Notes: generated from the sequence alone by a model not told the origin. 64,000 bases of DNA from an uncultured virus (IMG/VR IMGVR_UViG_2710724122_000003) (IMGVR_UViG_2710724122_000003:1-64000), one strand, 5' to 3'. Counted from the first letter of the stretch, positions 40,385-49,568 are shown. Translations and numbers: made by a program.

Positions 40385-41140
40385 TTATAATAAACCTTCA
40401 ATCTTTGCTATCGCTTCAAATATTGGATAGATTTGCTGAGGCACAACCGCATTTCCTAAGAATCTCAATCTATCTTCGTCCAATCTTGTGGCAGTCCCAT
40501 CATCCATTCCACAAATTGCGGGTTGATTTTCTTCCCAATATATTCTGGAAAGTGTTCCCCGATTGATCCTGGTAGTGTTTTTCCGTGCTTCCCGTTTGCT
40601 TCTGAAGGGCACAACTCGCGGATCGGCTTGTAATTTTGACTTGTCGTTGGAGTGGCCAATAATAAATGTCCGGTATCTTTGATGTGGTGCGCCGACACTG
40701 ACAGCCGGAAATACGAACGTCCTTGTCGAGTAGTTTTCTTCTTCCAAGTCGGAGAGCACGGTGTCCAAGCCCATTGTGACGTGTCCAGCAACATTTTCTC
40801 CAACAAACCAAGTGGGTCTGAGCTCTCTAATGAGTCGGTAGACTTCTGGCCATAGCCATCTCTCGTCTTCTGCGCCTCTTCGCTTACCAACAAGACTTTC
40901 TCCCTGACAGGGATATCCTGCAGAAATAACTCCAATTGCATCAACGTCAACGCCTCCATCTATTAATGATTGTTTCGTAAGTTTATATAAATCCGGGAAA
41001 ATAGGAATGTGAGGATAGTTCTTTCTAAGCACCTTCTGATTGAACTCTTCTATTTCGCAAAAGGCTACTGTTTCAATCCCAGCCCAATCCGCTGCCATAC
41101 TTACTCCTGCAATTCCCGAGCATAGATCCAACATATTCAT
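40385..41140 (-). CDS. DNA (cytosine-5) methyltransferase, large chain
   Basis: LCSGIAG, GYPCQ, ENV, HQRYR, motif X LGNAVVP; no motif IX in frame. Confidence 0.92.
   Translation of the reverse strand: MNMLDLCSGIAGVSMAADWAGIETVAFCEIEEFNQKVLRKNYPHIPIFPDLYKLTKQSLIDGGVDVDAIGVISAGYPCQGESLVGKRRGAEDERWLWPEVYRLIRELRPTWFVGENVAGHVTMGLDTVLSDLEEENYSTRTFVFPAVSVGAPHQRYRTFIIGHSNDKSKLQADPRVVPFRSKREARKNTTRINRGTLSRIYWEENQPAICGMDDGTATRLDEDRLRFLGNAVVPQQIYPIFEAIAKIEGLL
40465..40959 (-). CDS. Overprinted second chain of the C5-MTase (TRD plus motif IX)
   Basis: GGAGG near start; LLATPT and INPQFVEWMMGLPQDWT motif IX-like sequence in an alternative frame. Confidence 0.75.
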   Translation of the reverse strand: MEALTLMQLELFLQDIPVREKVLLVSEEAQKTRDGYGQKSTDSLESSDPLGLLEKMLLDTSQWAWTPCSPTWKKKTTRQGRSYFRLSVSAHHIKDTGHLLLATPTTSQNYKPIRELCPSEANGKHGKTLPGSIGEHFPEYIGKKINPQFVEWMMGLPQDWTKID

Positions 41141-41249
41141 ATCCTATTCCCCTTTGTTTTAAAATAGCGTATTTGTTCAAATTTCACTTCAATCTAATTC
41201 ATTTATGGTATAATCTGTATAATTTATTTTTTCAAGAAAGGCTAAAATA

Positions 41250-41531
41250 ATGAGAAAATACTTCGGTTTCATTTCAATGTTTTTAACTTCAATCTTATTT
41301 TTCAGTTCATTTTCTAGGTATGTACACGTTGATCTTTTAACTTGTATTTTTATACTATCTATCTCAATTGTTTTAGCTATTCTTGCTCCAAAAGGAGATA
41401 CAGCGAAAAAAATTACTTTTGCTATGTTAATACTGTTAGGTATTTTAATTGCTTGCGTACTAATTATTGCTACTATTATTGGCGCGGGAATGGCTGAAAC
41501 ACATTTGAATAATCACAATTCCCTCAAATAA
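41250..41531 (+). CDS. Three-TM membrane protein (cassette)
   Basis: Own TG-TATAAT promoter; hydrophobic. Confidence 0.7.
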   Translation: MRKYFGFISMFLTSILFFSSFSRYVHVDLLTCIFILSISIVLAILAPKGDTAKKITFAMLILLGILIACVLIIATIIGAGMAETHLNNHNSLK

Positions 41532-42230
41532 TATTTTTTCATTACCATTACACTCAGCACGTATAGAAAACTATATATTTGAATGTTAAAATATTATTGT
41601 GATTCTCATATAGAGTCACATACGACTTTTTCTCTGTTTATGGGGCTCTTACGTGGTAGGGGCCATTTTTTTAGTTAATTCTATATATTAATTTGAATAT
41701 ATAGTTGTATAAATTATTAGTTAAGTGTTAAAATTCCATATATACTCCTTAGGGAGTTCTCATGTAATTAAGCAAGAGTTTAAAAATTCTCGAATCTTAG
41801 CCCCTTGGAGCGCCCTCCAAGGGGCTGCAACAATTAAAATATCGTTTTTGTTCACTTTTTTGATACATTTACGAAACATTCATGTGTTATCTTCAGTAGG
41901 TTCTATTCTTTTTATAATACCGTGTGAAGTATACCAAACCGAGAATCCCTAGTCCCCTAAGCCTAGGGATTCTTCATTTAAATACGGATTTTATGCACTT
42001 TTATTCTTTTCACAAACTATTATATTCAATATACGTAATATATTAATTTATGTTACAATATCTTTATGAAACATCACGTGTTTCAAATACAACATTTTTT
42101 GATGGCCCCTTATCTTTCCGTAAGGGGTCTTTTTTTATAACTATTTTGTTTGATTTCCTTACGTTATATCCTTAAATTAGGATATAATGAAGTGTACAGT
42201 TACAACATTTTATTATTAGGAGGTATAATT

Positions 42231-42338
42231 ATGTCATTTGCAGCATGGAGTATACTCTTACCAACTTTAATCGGTGCAATGTCTGGTGCGATTTTCGGTA
42301 TAATTTCTTCTCGAAATAAGAGCAAAAATCCAAATTAA
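42231..42338 (+). CDS. 35-aa single-TM peptide (cassette)
   Basis: AGGAGG RBS, TATAAT upstream, terminator after. Confidence 0.65.
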   Translation: MSFAAWSILLPTLIGAMSGAIFGIISSRNKSKNPN

Positions 42339-42410
42339 AAGCTTAATAATAAGATTTAATAACTACTCTATTGGCAGCTGATTCAGCCTTGAATTTTCAG
42401 CTGCCATTTT

Positions 42411-42473
42411 CTATTCAAATAACGCTTTGGATTTCACGTCTTTTACTCGCTTAATCTTCACTCTTAATTTCAT
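42411..42473 (-). pseudogene. 5' remnant of a gene resembling a phage dUTPase N-terminus (MKLRVKIKRVKDV)
   Basis: Good RBS, then stop after 20 codons at a cassette-junction motif; dUTPase resemblance from memory. Confidence 0.5.
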
Positions 42474-42486
42474 TCTTTCCCGCTCC

Positions 42487-42654
42487 TTATAAGTAACTTT
42501 TCAATTTCTCTTTCTGTTTCTTCAACACTTCCAAGGAAAGCTTCGTCTTCCGCTTCTCGTTATCCAATCCCACTAAGTGATATTCCATCTTACGAATTTC
42601 ACTCTCTACTACTTGGAGTTCACTTTGCACCTGCACCAAAGTATCTTTTTTCAT
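42487..42654 (-). CDS. 55-aa coiled-coil protein (not in ORF track)
   Basis: GGGAGG RBS; MKKDTLVQVQSELQ... Confidence 0.65.
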   Translation of the reverse strand: MKKDTLVQVQSELQVVESEIRKMEYHLVGLDNEKRKTKLSLEVLKKQKEKLKSYL

Positions 42655-42718
42655 TACTTCCCTCCCTTTGCTTTGCTAATTAACTTAGTGATTTCATATA
42701 CACCGTTCACCATCTCCA

Positions 42719-42853
42719 TCATTCCGAATACACTCCTTTTATTAGCTTCCACAACTCTTGCTCAGTCATCTCGTAAAGTTGTCGCCCTGTCCTTTCTTCT
42801 TTATAAATTCCCTTTTGTAGTAATACATCGATGTAGATTTGTTTCCTGTCCAT
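42719..42853 (-). CDS. FbpA-like small basic protein
   Basis: LLQKGIYK...RQLYEMT motif. Confidence 0.7.
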   Translation of the reverse strand: MDRKQIYIDVLLQKGIYKEERTGRQLYEMTEQELWKLIKGVYSE

Positions 42854-42949
42854 GCTGCCTCCTAGCTTCTTTTCTTCGCAGCTCTCCTTATAGGTATAGT
42901 CGCTGCCCTTTGTGGATTCCATCTATTTATCGTCATGGCGCTATGCCTC

Positions 42950-43213
42950 CTAATCCAAATTCATGATTTCCTCTAAGGTTCTATCCGAAATATAAGTAGT
43001 AATGATTTGTATCTTTCCGTATTTCTTTTTAGCCATTTCTATAGCTGTGCCCTCGGACTTCGCCTCAAACCAACGAAGCTTCCACTTCTCGTCTTTGTCG
43101 TAAAATTCTACTGAGTACGTCATAACGCTATTACTCTTTAAAAATCTTTCCGCTGTACTTGTTGCGCTATAATCAAAACTTCCTACTACATCCTCCAGTG
43201 TTAGTTGTTTCAT
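42950..43213 (-). CDS. Hypothetical phage protein
   Basis: In early operon, coupled to upstream gene. Confidence 0.7.
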   Translation of the reverse strand: MKQLTLEDVVGSFDYSATSTAERFLKSNSVMTYSVEFYDKDEKWKLRWFEAKSEGTAIEMAKKKYGKIQIITTYISDRTLEEIMNLD

Positions 43214-43497
43214 GCCCCTAACCCCATTGGACGAGATTTAATTTTGTTCTTATCTGCCTGGTCCATGATTAATGCAGCGATTTCTAATTGATGCCTTCCT
43301 AGCTCTTTTGCTATTTCAAGAATATCTTTATCCTCATCCCACATTTTTCGTAATCGAATCACTTCACTTTCATCAAACAATAAGTCCAACTCTTCTAAGG
43401 CGATATATAAGTTACGACGCGATTTCTTCATGTACTTTCCCTGCTGCAACGCCATTGTGTAATTTTCCTTTTCCAAATCCGTTCCAAGTCGTGGCAT
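43210..43497 (-). CDS. HTH-containing phage protein
   Basis: ILEIAKELGRHQLEIAAL. Confidence 0.75.
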   Translation of the reverse strand: MPRLGTDLEKENYTMALQQGKYMKKSRRNLYIALEELDLLFDESEVIRLRKMWDEDKDILEIAKELGRHQLEIAALIMDQADKNKIKSRPMGLGA

Positions 43498-43681
43498 CCC
43501 AATTCCCCTCCAGTTGTAATTGATGAATTTCCCTTAGTTCCGCCATAACGGCATGACGTCTTCTATCCACTTCTTCAGGACTACGATTCCCTGCTTCGCA
43601 AATACATGGTGCAAATTGATAGCAGCCATTCCCCATATCGTTCTGAGTTACTCCCGTTCCGTTACATGCACACATTGTCAT
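43412..43681 (-). CDS. Zn-finger-like phage protein
   Basis: CACNGTG...PCIC. Confidence 0.7.
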   Translation of the reverse strand: MTMCACNGTGVTQNDMGNGCYQFAPCICEAGNRSPEEVDRRRHAVMAELREIHQLQLEGNWDATTWNGFGKGKLHNGVAAGKVHEEIAS

Positions 43682-43696
43682 TCCCCCTTTATATTT

Positions 43697-44326
43697 TTAA
43701 ACAGCCGCTGCTTCTTTTTGATTAGATTCCTTATTTAGCCCTTGCCCCATTTTCAATAACAAATCACGGAAGTGAGTAAAATCTCCTCTATTGTCATAGC
43801 CAGCAGAATAAGTGTAGATTCTTGATTTCCCTAGATTATGAGCTTGATATTTTAGATAGTGCTTAGCTTCTTCCAAAATGAAGAAGAACGCTACATTTTC
43901 CCATTCTTTTTCTACCCAAGCTATATCGTAATTTTCTATTCCATAATGTTTAAAGTAATCATCAAAATTCATAATGAATCTTTCTTCTCCATCTGTTCCA
44001 ATAACTCGTTCGTATTGCAAATCATCGAACGTTTTTATTTCAATCGGACATTCTTCCTCTATCCATTCGTACCGTTGTTTAACTGCTTCCGTTTCATTCT
44101 CATGCCAATCTTCATGTTCTTCATCAACACAAAACTTTAAGATATCTGGATCAAAGTAACCTGAAATTTCTTCGCTATATGGGATGAAACGGTCTCTTTT
44201 TTTCTGAGCAACATGCAAAGCATCACATGTGTATTGATTGTCTTCTGCATCTTCGTATTGTTTTTCGCTAAATAATTTTAAGAACTCAACCTGCTTTTCT
44301 GTTAATTCAACTGTTACCTTTGTCAT
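43697..44326 (-). CDS. Hypothetical phage protein
   Basis: RBS before MTKVTVEL; acidic ORF of about 210 aa. Confidence 0.75.
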   Translation of the reverse strand: MTKVTVELTEKQVEFLKLFSEKQYEDAEDNQYTCDALHVAQKKRDRFIPYSEEISGYFDPDILKFCVDEEHEDWHENETEAVKQRYEWIEEECPIEIKTFDDLQYERVIGTDGEERFIMNFDDYFKHYGIENYDIAWVEKEWENVAFFFILEEAKHYLKYQAHNLGKSRIYTYSAGYDNRGDFTHFRDLLLKMGQGLNKESNQKEAAAV

Positions 44327-44339
44327 TTTCATTTCCCCC

Positions 44340-45149
44340 TTAGAATGGCAATGCTTTTCTCCTGTAATCCTTTGTATCTTTGAAAACAATCGCTCTAAAG
44401 TTATTGAAGATACGTGATACAATTCGTTCATCGTATGCACCTTCTAGACGCCCTCCTGTAAGGTTTGTTGTATAAATAGTAGATTTACCTTGCCTGCCAT
44501 CGAAAACATCGAACAACACTCTATTAATGAAGTTTGTTGCTTTTGTATTCGCATCCAATGCGCCTAACTCCGCTCCTAAATCATCTACTATTAATACTTC
44601 TGCTCTTACTAAACTTCTAATGATTGCATCTTCAGTTAAGGAGGAATCTTTACTGAATGTACTTTTAATCTTCCGTAGTAATTCACCAACTGTAACGAAG
44701 ACAACTGACTTCCCTGCTCCCGCAAGCTGATCCGCAATAGCGTAAGCAAGATGTGTTTTCCCTGCTCCGCAATTCCCGGCCATAATCGTGTTAAACACTT
44801 TCTCATTGAGATAGTCCGTTGCGATGACCTTTGCGAGTTCAAGGTTCTTCGCTCCTTCCTCGCTAGTAGGTTGGTAGTTTTCAAAGTTAGCTTTCTTAAT
44901 GTTGCTATCGGCGATCATACTTTGTTGATGGAACATGAACTTCTTCTCATTCGCCTTATCCGCATCATATTTCGCTTGTTCCTGTTGCTGAAGCTTCTTA
45001 CTTTCGTTTTCAAGGAAGCATCGAGGGCAAACAACTTGTCCACCGAACTTCATCTTATTCATGCCGTGCGTATCACACACATCAGAATCCATAGTCATAT
45101 TCACCTTTTTGGCTATATCGGTTGGTATTGCTGCCGCTGCTCTCTGCAT
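44340..45149 (-). CDS. DnaC/IstB-like helicase loader ATPase
   Basis: GNCGAGKT, DDLGAE, TTNL, RIVSR. Confidence 0.92.
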   Translation of the reverse strand: MQRAAAAIPTDIAKKVNMTMDSDVCDTHGMNKMKFGGQVVCPRCFLENESKKLQQQEQAKYDADKANEKKFMFHQQSMIADSNIKKANFENYQPTSEEGAKNLELAKVIATDYLNEKVFNTIMAGNCGAGKTHLAYAIADQLAGAGKSVVFVTVGELLRKIKSTFSKDSSLTEDAIIRSLVRAEVLIVDDLGAELGALDANTKATNFINRVLFDVFDGRQGKSTIYTTNLTGGRLEGAYDERIVSRIFNNFRAIVFKDTKDYRRKALPF

Positions 45150-45942
45150 TGTTTTTCGCTCCTTTTTTAGATTTCATTTGAATAGTTAGTTGATCAAACT
45201 TTTCACGTAGCTTTTTAGGAGATAAGATATTCCCTTGCCAGAATGGATCTGCTTGGCACCAATCAATAACATCTTTAATCTCTTGTGGCTCTCTGTTATC
45301 TCGTTCTCGCATTAATCTAAATTCATTTGCCCAATTATCGAATTTAGGTTCTTTTTGTTTAGGATTATTACCCTTAATAAGTTCGAACAAATATTTCGCT
45401 GCATTGGTGTCGCAAGTTTCAAACTTGTGACGAGAAGTCTTTTTTTCTTTTTCTTTTTCTTTTTCTTTTTCTTTTTCTTTTTGTCCCCGTATCGTTGACG
45501 TATCGTGGGACGTATCGTCAAGACCCGCATAAACACTGAATTTTTGTACTAACGAGGTGTTTTCTGTTCGTTCTAGCACCAGTCGTACTAACGACAAATC
45601 TTTAATACTTTTAAGCTCTTTCTTTATGCAATCCTCAATCGGCTTGCCACCTTTATTAAGGTTGTATTTTCCCCAGTTAAGTATGCAAAGTTCTCTAGTT
45701 TCTTCGTTATAAACCACCAAATCATGATGATTAATAAAGCGATCCAATAAGGCTTTTGCACTTTCAATTGAGTAACCCAATTCAAAGGCCATTTGTTTTC
45801 TAGTTATCTGATAAACTCCAATTTGGTTTGTATGCTCATTAGTCATTAGATAGAGGTAAAAGTATTTATCCTCTGGCGTCATCTCTTCTGAAACTCTTGC
45901 ATCTGACCAGAATGAAGTTTGTACGTGTCTGTATTTCGCCAT
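45082..45942 (-). CDS. Phage replication initiator (replisome organiser)
   Basis: FWSD...EDKYFYLYLMTN N-terminus; FWQGNILSPKKLREKFDQL C-terminus. Confidence 0.9.
   Translation of the reverse strand: MAKYRHVQTSFWSDARVSEEMTPEDKYFYLYLMTNEHTNQIGVYQITRKQMAFELGYSIESAKALLDRFINHHDLVVYNEETRELCILNWGKYNLNKGGKPIEDCIKKELKSIKDLSLVRLVLERTENTSLVQKFSVYAGLDDTSHDTSTIRGQKEKEKEKEKEKEKKTSRHKFETCDTNAAKYLFELIKGNNPKQKEPKFDNWANEFRLMRERDNREPQEIKDVIDWCQADPFWQGNILSPKKLREKFDQLTIQMKSKKGAKNNAESSGSNTNRYSQKGEYDYGF
45440..45524. repeat. Probable lytic origin inside the initiator gene
   Basis: Tandem TTTTTC tract plus three (GA)CGTATCGT iterons. Confidence 0.55.
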
Positions 45943-46185
45943 TTAGTTCACCTTCTTCATCCAACATTCATAACTCACATTGTCTTCCATGCCAGTAAAA
46001 CGAACCTTATCTCTCCCCCTGAATTTACCTTCGTGATGGAAAGTTCTTTCTGCTCTATATACCCGCTTAATTGGTGTTACATAGTCATAACCTCGTTTTT
46101 CTAAATCACGAACTGCTATTAACATCTCTTTCATCGATCCACGCCTTACAGGTATCTTAAACATCACGCATTCGCCCTTTCGCAT
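45943..46185 (-). CDS. Hypothetical phage protein
   Basis: In early operon. Confidence 0.65.
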   Translation of the reverse strand: MRKGECVMFKIPVRRGSMKEMLIAVRDLEKRGYDYVTPIKRVYRAERTFHHEGKFRGRDKVRFTGMEDNVSYECWMKKVN

Positions 46186-46340
46186 ACCGCTATGTCGCCT
46201 TGAACCTTAATTACTTTGTATCCTGGATAGCGATCGGGAGTAATGTACTCAATCGCCTTTACTCTTGCTTCTTTTTCATTCCGTGCGCCCTTCCACACCC
46301 ACTTCGGAAGGACGACTTTAGATTGATTTTTATCTAACAT
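46164..46340 (-). CDS. 58-aa phage protein (not in ORF track)
   Basis: GGAG RBS; MLDKNQSKVVLPKWVW...RYPGY. Confidence 0.65.
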   Translation of the reverse strand: MLDKNQSKVVLPKWVWKGARNEKEARVKAIEYITPDRYPGYKVIKVQGDIAVCERANA

Positions 46341-46354
46341 AGGCTTTCAACTCC

Positions 46355-46987
46355 TTAGTTTGTTTGCTCTACCTCTTCAGCCGTTTCTTTTTTTTCATTC
46401 ACGGATGTTTCTTTTTCAGCTTGTTTTACCCACTTCGTTAATTTTTTAAGTGCTTCTTCAGCTTGTTTTAACGTTAGTTCGGCAACTTCTTTGATACTTA
46501 GGTGCCCTTTAATTGTGTCTTCGTCTACCTTCCGAAGAGTAGCTAGTTTTTTTATGTTTAATTTGATTGCACCGACTTGTTGAGCAGTAATCATTTCTTC
46601 TTGTACTTCTGGTAAGTCTTCGCCCGCATAGATGTATAATCCCAATCCGTGAAGCGCTATTGCCTTTACTAAGCAACGTTGAATACTTGTGTTAATATCA
46701 AAACTATTTGGCTCTGCAATTGGCTTATTTTGATTGTTTAGTATCGGATGAATCTGACTTAGTGGTAGTCCCTGTACAGTTACTTCCACTTCTACAAAGT
46801 AACCGCAATCTGTTTTAAGGTATGGTACTCCATTGAATCGCTTTACTTCCCATGTTGCTGTTGGATCCACCTCACGAAGCTTTTTAACAGCCCATGCCCA
46901 TGATAAGTAGCTAAAGCGACCTTTCTTTTCAACATGTTCCGTGCAATCTATTTGTGCTAATTTAGAAAAGTAGTTTTCGTTTGTCAT
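46355..46987 (-). CDS. Sak/DUF1071 single-strand annealing protein
   Basis: YLSWAWA, QRCLVKAIALHGLGLYIYAGEDLP. Confidence 0.9.
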   Translation of the reverse strand: MTNENYFSKLAQIDCTEHVEKKGRFSYLSWAWAVKKLREVDPTATWEVKRFNGVPYLKTDCGYFVEVEVTVQGLPLSQIHPILNNQNKPIAEPNSFDINTSIQRCLVKAIALHGLGLYIYAGEDLPEVQEEMITAQQVGAIKLNIKKLATLRKVDEDTIKGHLSIKEVAELTLKQAEEALKKLTKWVKQAEKETSVNEKKETAEEVEQTN

Positions 46988-47004
46988 ATGAATCTCCCTC
47001 TCTC

Positions 47005-47190
47005 TTAAAATGGCAATAATTCCGTTTGTTTGCTCGCTTCATATACTTCCTGTAACGCTTGTAATCCACATTCATAAGCAACAACCATCGATGCAGCATT
47101 TGGTTCGTTACTTTTCTTATATCGTTCAACCAAACTCATCATAATTTGAATTTCAGCTTCAATTTTGTTTTGTAGGCCCATCTTATTCAC
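47005..47190 (-). CDS. Hypothetical phage protein
   Basis: In early operon. Confidence 0.65.
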   Translation of the reverse strand: MNKMGLQNKIEAEIQIMMSLVERYKKSNEPNAASMVVAYECGLQALQEVYEASKQTELLPF

Positions 47191-47737
47191 CTGCTACTTT
47201 CTCTGTAGAATGAGACTTTACATATTGCCAAACATATCCACCGCTTTGTCTTAATTCTCCGAGGCATGCTCTACGAATATGTTGACTCCATACCCCAGTT
47301 TCACGTTCAGCTTCTCCGGCAGATTCAAATTTTGCTAATACTACACCTGTTACTTTATCTATCTGTAATACCGCTTTTGGTTTAGCGCTTCTCATTTTCT
47401 TTTTGATACTTATCAATCCGTTATCATAGGCGTGTTTTACATTCTCTGCATTTGTAGCCCATTCTAAGTTTGTGTAGATGTTGTTCCCTTTATTTCCGTC
47501 TTTATGATTAACCAAAGGCTTATTTTCTGTATTTTTAACAAATGCTAAAGCTACCAATCTGTGTATAGGTACTGTCTTCTCCTTTCCTTCCATTACTAAC
47601 TTGATTTTTTTATATCCGTTCCATTCAAAAGGCTTCAGGATTCTATGTTTCTTAAATTTAATTGACTTTACATTTCCTTTATTTGAAATCTCATAATGAC
47701 CTTCGTAACCGTTAATTGGCTTCCACTGTTCTTTCAT
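47183..47737 (-). CDS. NUMOD4-HNH-NUMOD1 homing endonuclease
   Basis: WKPINGYEGHYEISNKG, HRLVA, VNHKDGNKGNN, NLEW. Confidence 0.92.
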   Translation of the reverse strand: MKEQWKPINGYEGHYEISNKGNVKSIKFKKHRILKPFEWNGYKKIKLVMEGKEKTVPIHRLVALAFVKNTENKPLVNHKDGNKGNNIYTNLEWATNAENVKHAYDNGLISIKKKMRSAKPKAVLQIDKVTGVVLAKFESAGEAERETGVWSQHIRRACLGELRQSGGYVWQYVKSHSTEKVAGE

Positions 47738-47937
47738 TCTCCAGCCACCATCCTTCTTGCATGTCTTTCTAAAAATCCCGAAGCACATTCCTCACAAATG
47801 ATTGATCCTTCGAAGTTGTAATAAGTCATCCCGAAATATAGCTCACCATCACAGTCTTCACATTCTTCAATGAAGTCTCTTGCTGATGAATCATGATGAT
47901 TCCCGTAAGTAATCGGATTTTCAATCATTTTTTGCAT
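47734..47937 (-). CDS. Small Zn-finger phage protein
   Basis: CEDC...CEEC. Confidence 0.7.
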   Translation of the reverse strand: MQKMIENPITYGNHHDSSARDFIEECEDCDGELYFGMTYYNFEGSIICEECASGFLERHARRMVAGE

Positions 47938-48450
47938 TCCTCCTTATTTACTGAGAGAAAACTTATGGTATAATAGATATAGCTAATTTTAGGGAATGTT
48001 TTCTCTACAGCGCTCGATGCCGTCGAGCGTTTTTTCATATTTAATAGATAACTACCTAACAATCTGTTAAAATTTAGTTACCGATATGTGTATCAACTCG
48101 CCTGTGCTTCTGTACGGGCTTTTTTGATGCTTTCGCGCATCGGAATATCCAGGAACCGGTTTATTAGGTGGGGCATTCTATTTGATTCCTGAATATTACG
48201 ACAAGCGAAGGCTTGTCCTATTAACTTTGTAAAGACGTCATTACAAACATAATCCCTTATAGCTTCTATGGATTATTAACTTTTTTCATAATTTTTATCT
48301 TTGTTTTTTATATTCATAATATCGTAACATCTTTATATAATGTTTTATTGAATTTCATGTTAAACTTATAACATTCCAAGAAGTCCTTTACTTTTAGAAT
48401 CGACAATTCTTTAATACCCTTAGTCTTGCCCTACATCCCCTGTAGGGCTT

Positions 48451-48591
48451 TTATCGTTCAGCTAGAGTAATATACTTCTTGTATGTTTCCTCAACCTTAT
48501 CTGCGCTGTTATGTACACCTCTAGCCCTTAAATCCTTTATGATCCACAAGAGTTTCTTTTGTTCATATTCATCACGCTGCTGTTTATCCAT
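48451..48591 (-). CDS. 46-aa phage protein (not in ORF track)
   Basis: MDKQQRDEYEQKKLLWIIKDLRARG...; TAATG coupling with upstream gene. Confidence 0.6.
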   Translation of the reverse strand: MDKQQRDEYEQKKLLWIIKDLRARGVHNSADKVEETYKKYITLAER

Positions 48592-48707
48592 TACTGTTCA
48601 TCCTTCATAAACCTTTTGTCTATTCGATCCATTAGTTGAATGAATCCCACAAGCCCGATAACTGCCACCAGAATCATTAAATGTGAGAATATGCTTTCTT
48701 CCATCAT
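48591..48707 (-). CDS. 38-aa single-TM protein (not in ORF track)
   Basis: MMEESIFSHLMILVAVIGLVGFIQLMDR...; RBS AAGGCGG. Confidence 0.55.
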   Translation of the reverse strand: MMEESIFSHLMILVAVIGLVGFIQLMDRIDKRFMKDEQ

Positions 48708-48756
48708 TTAAACCGCCGCCTTTATTATTTAATGGTCAAGTTAACCTGAATTAAAA

Positions 48757-48769
48757 TGACCTAAGGTCA
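48757..48769. promoter_or_regulatory. Repressor operator, distal copy
   Basis: TGACC-taa-GGTCA, identical to the core at 49031-49043. Confidence 0.7.
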
Positions 48770-48794
48770 AGTGAGTGTTATTTTAAAAATGACC

Positions 48795-48998
48795 TCATCC
48801 TACTAAGTCATCCATTGTTGTTGATAAAGCATTGGCTATTTTTTTTAATGTTTCAATCTTAGTTGATTTAACACCTAATTCTATCTTCGAAACCATGCTC
48901 TCACTGATTTGTGATAGTTCAGCGAGTTGTTTTTGTGTAAGTTTTTTACTCATACGAAGTTCTTTTATGTAACTTCCTTTTATTTTCATCGGCTTCAC
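48795..48998 (-). CDS. Cro-like XRE regulator
   Basis: HTH; divergent from repressor. Confidence 0.9.
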   Translation of the reverse strand: MKPMKIKGSYIKELRMSKKLTQKQLAELSQISESMVSKIELGVKSTKIETLKKIANALSTTMDDLVG

Positions 48999-49029
48999 CT
49001 CTCGATTACATTTTCATTGTACACCTAAC

Positions 49030-49095
49030 TTGACCTAAGGTCAATTATTTATTTAAAAATTTATTTTTCACAACAAGAAATAGACTAGTGGTCAA
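49030..49095. promoter_or_regulatory. Operators in the cro/cI divergent promoter region
   Basis: TTGACCTAAGGTCAA (49030-49044) and imperfect TAGACTAGTGGTCAA (49081-49095). Confidence 0.75.
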
Positions 49096-49181
49096 GTCTT
49101 ATGTAAAATATATACTATAGTCACTGTAAAACAAAACCATTAAAATTTCATATAAAACAGTTATTAAAGGGGAATAAAATC

Positions 49182-49538
49182 ATGTTACCTATACTATCCA
49201 TTAGGATAAAAGAACTAAGGAAAGAGAGAAAATGGTCTCAGAAAGAATTAGGAGAAAAAGTAGATGTTAGTGAATCTTTCATTTCGAAAGTCGAATCTGG
49301 AAAGAAGCAACCTTCAAGAGAAGTAACTGCAAAAATCGCAGAAGTATTTAATGTAACTACAGATTTCTTGTTAGGGCGAAGTGCAGAAGAAAAACTAAAC
49401 GAAATGTTAGACGTAAAATTCAGGGCGATGAAGGAACGATTAGCTAACCTCCCTGAATCCCAACGTGAAATGATTATGAAACAAGCAGAGAATTTAATGG
49501 AAGAGTTCGAAAAACTAAATAACCAGCCAGAAAAATAG
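49182..49538 (+). CDS. CI-like XRE repressor
   Basis: HTH_3 (SQKELGEKVDVSESFISKVESG), TDFLLGR. Confidence 0.9.
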   Translation: MLPILSIRIKELRKERKWSQKELGEKVDVSESFISKVESGKKQPSREVTAKIAEVFNVTTDFLLGRSAEEKLNEMLDVKFRAMKERLANLPESQREMIMKQAENLMEEFEKLNNQPEK

Positions 49539-49568
49539 CCAACCCCATTACGAGGCGTGGCTATTTTT

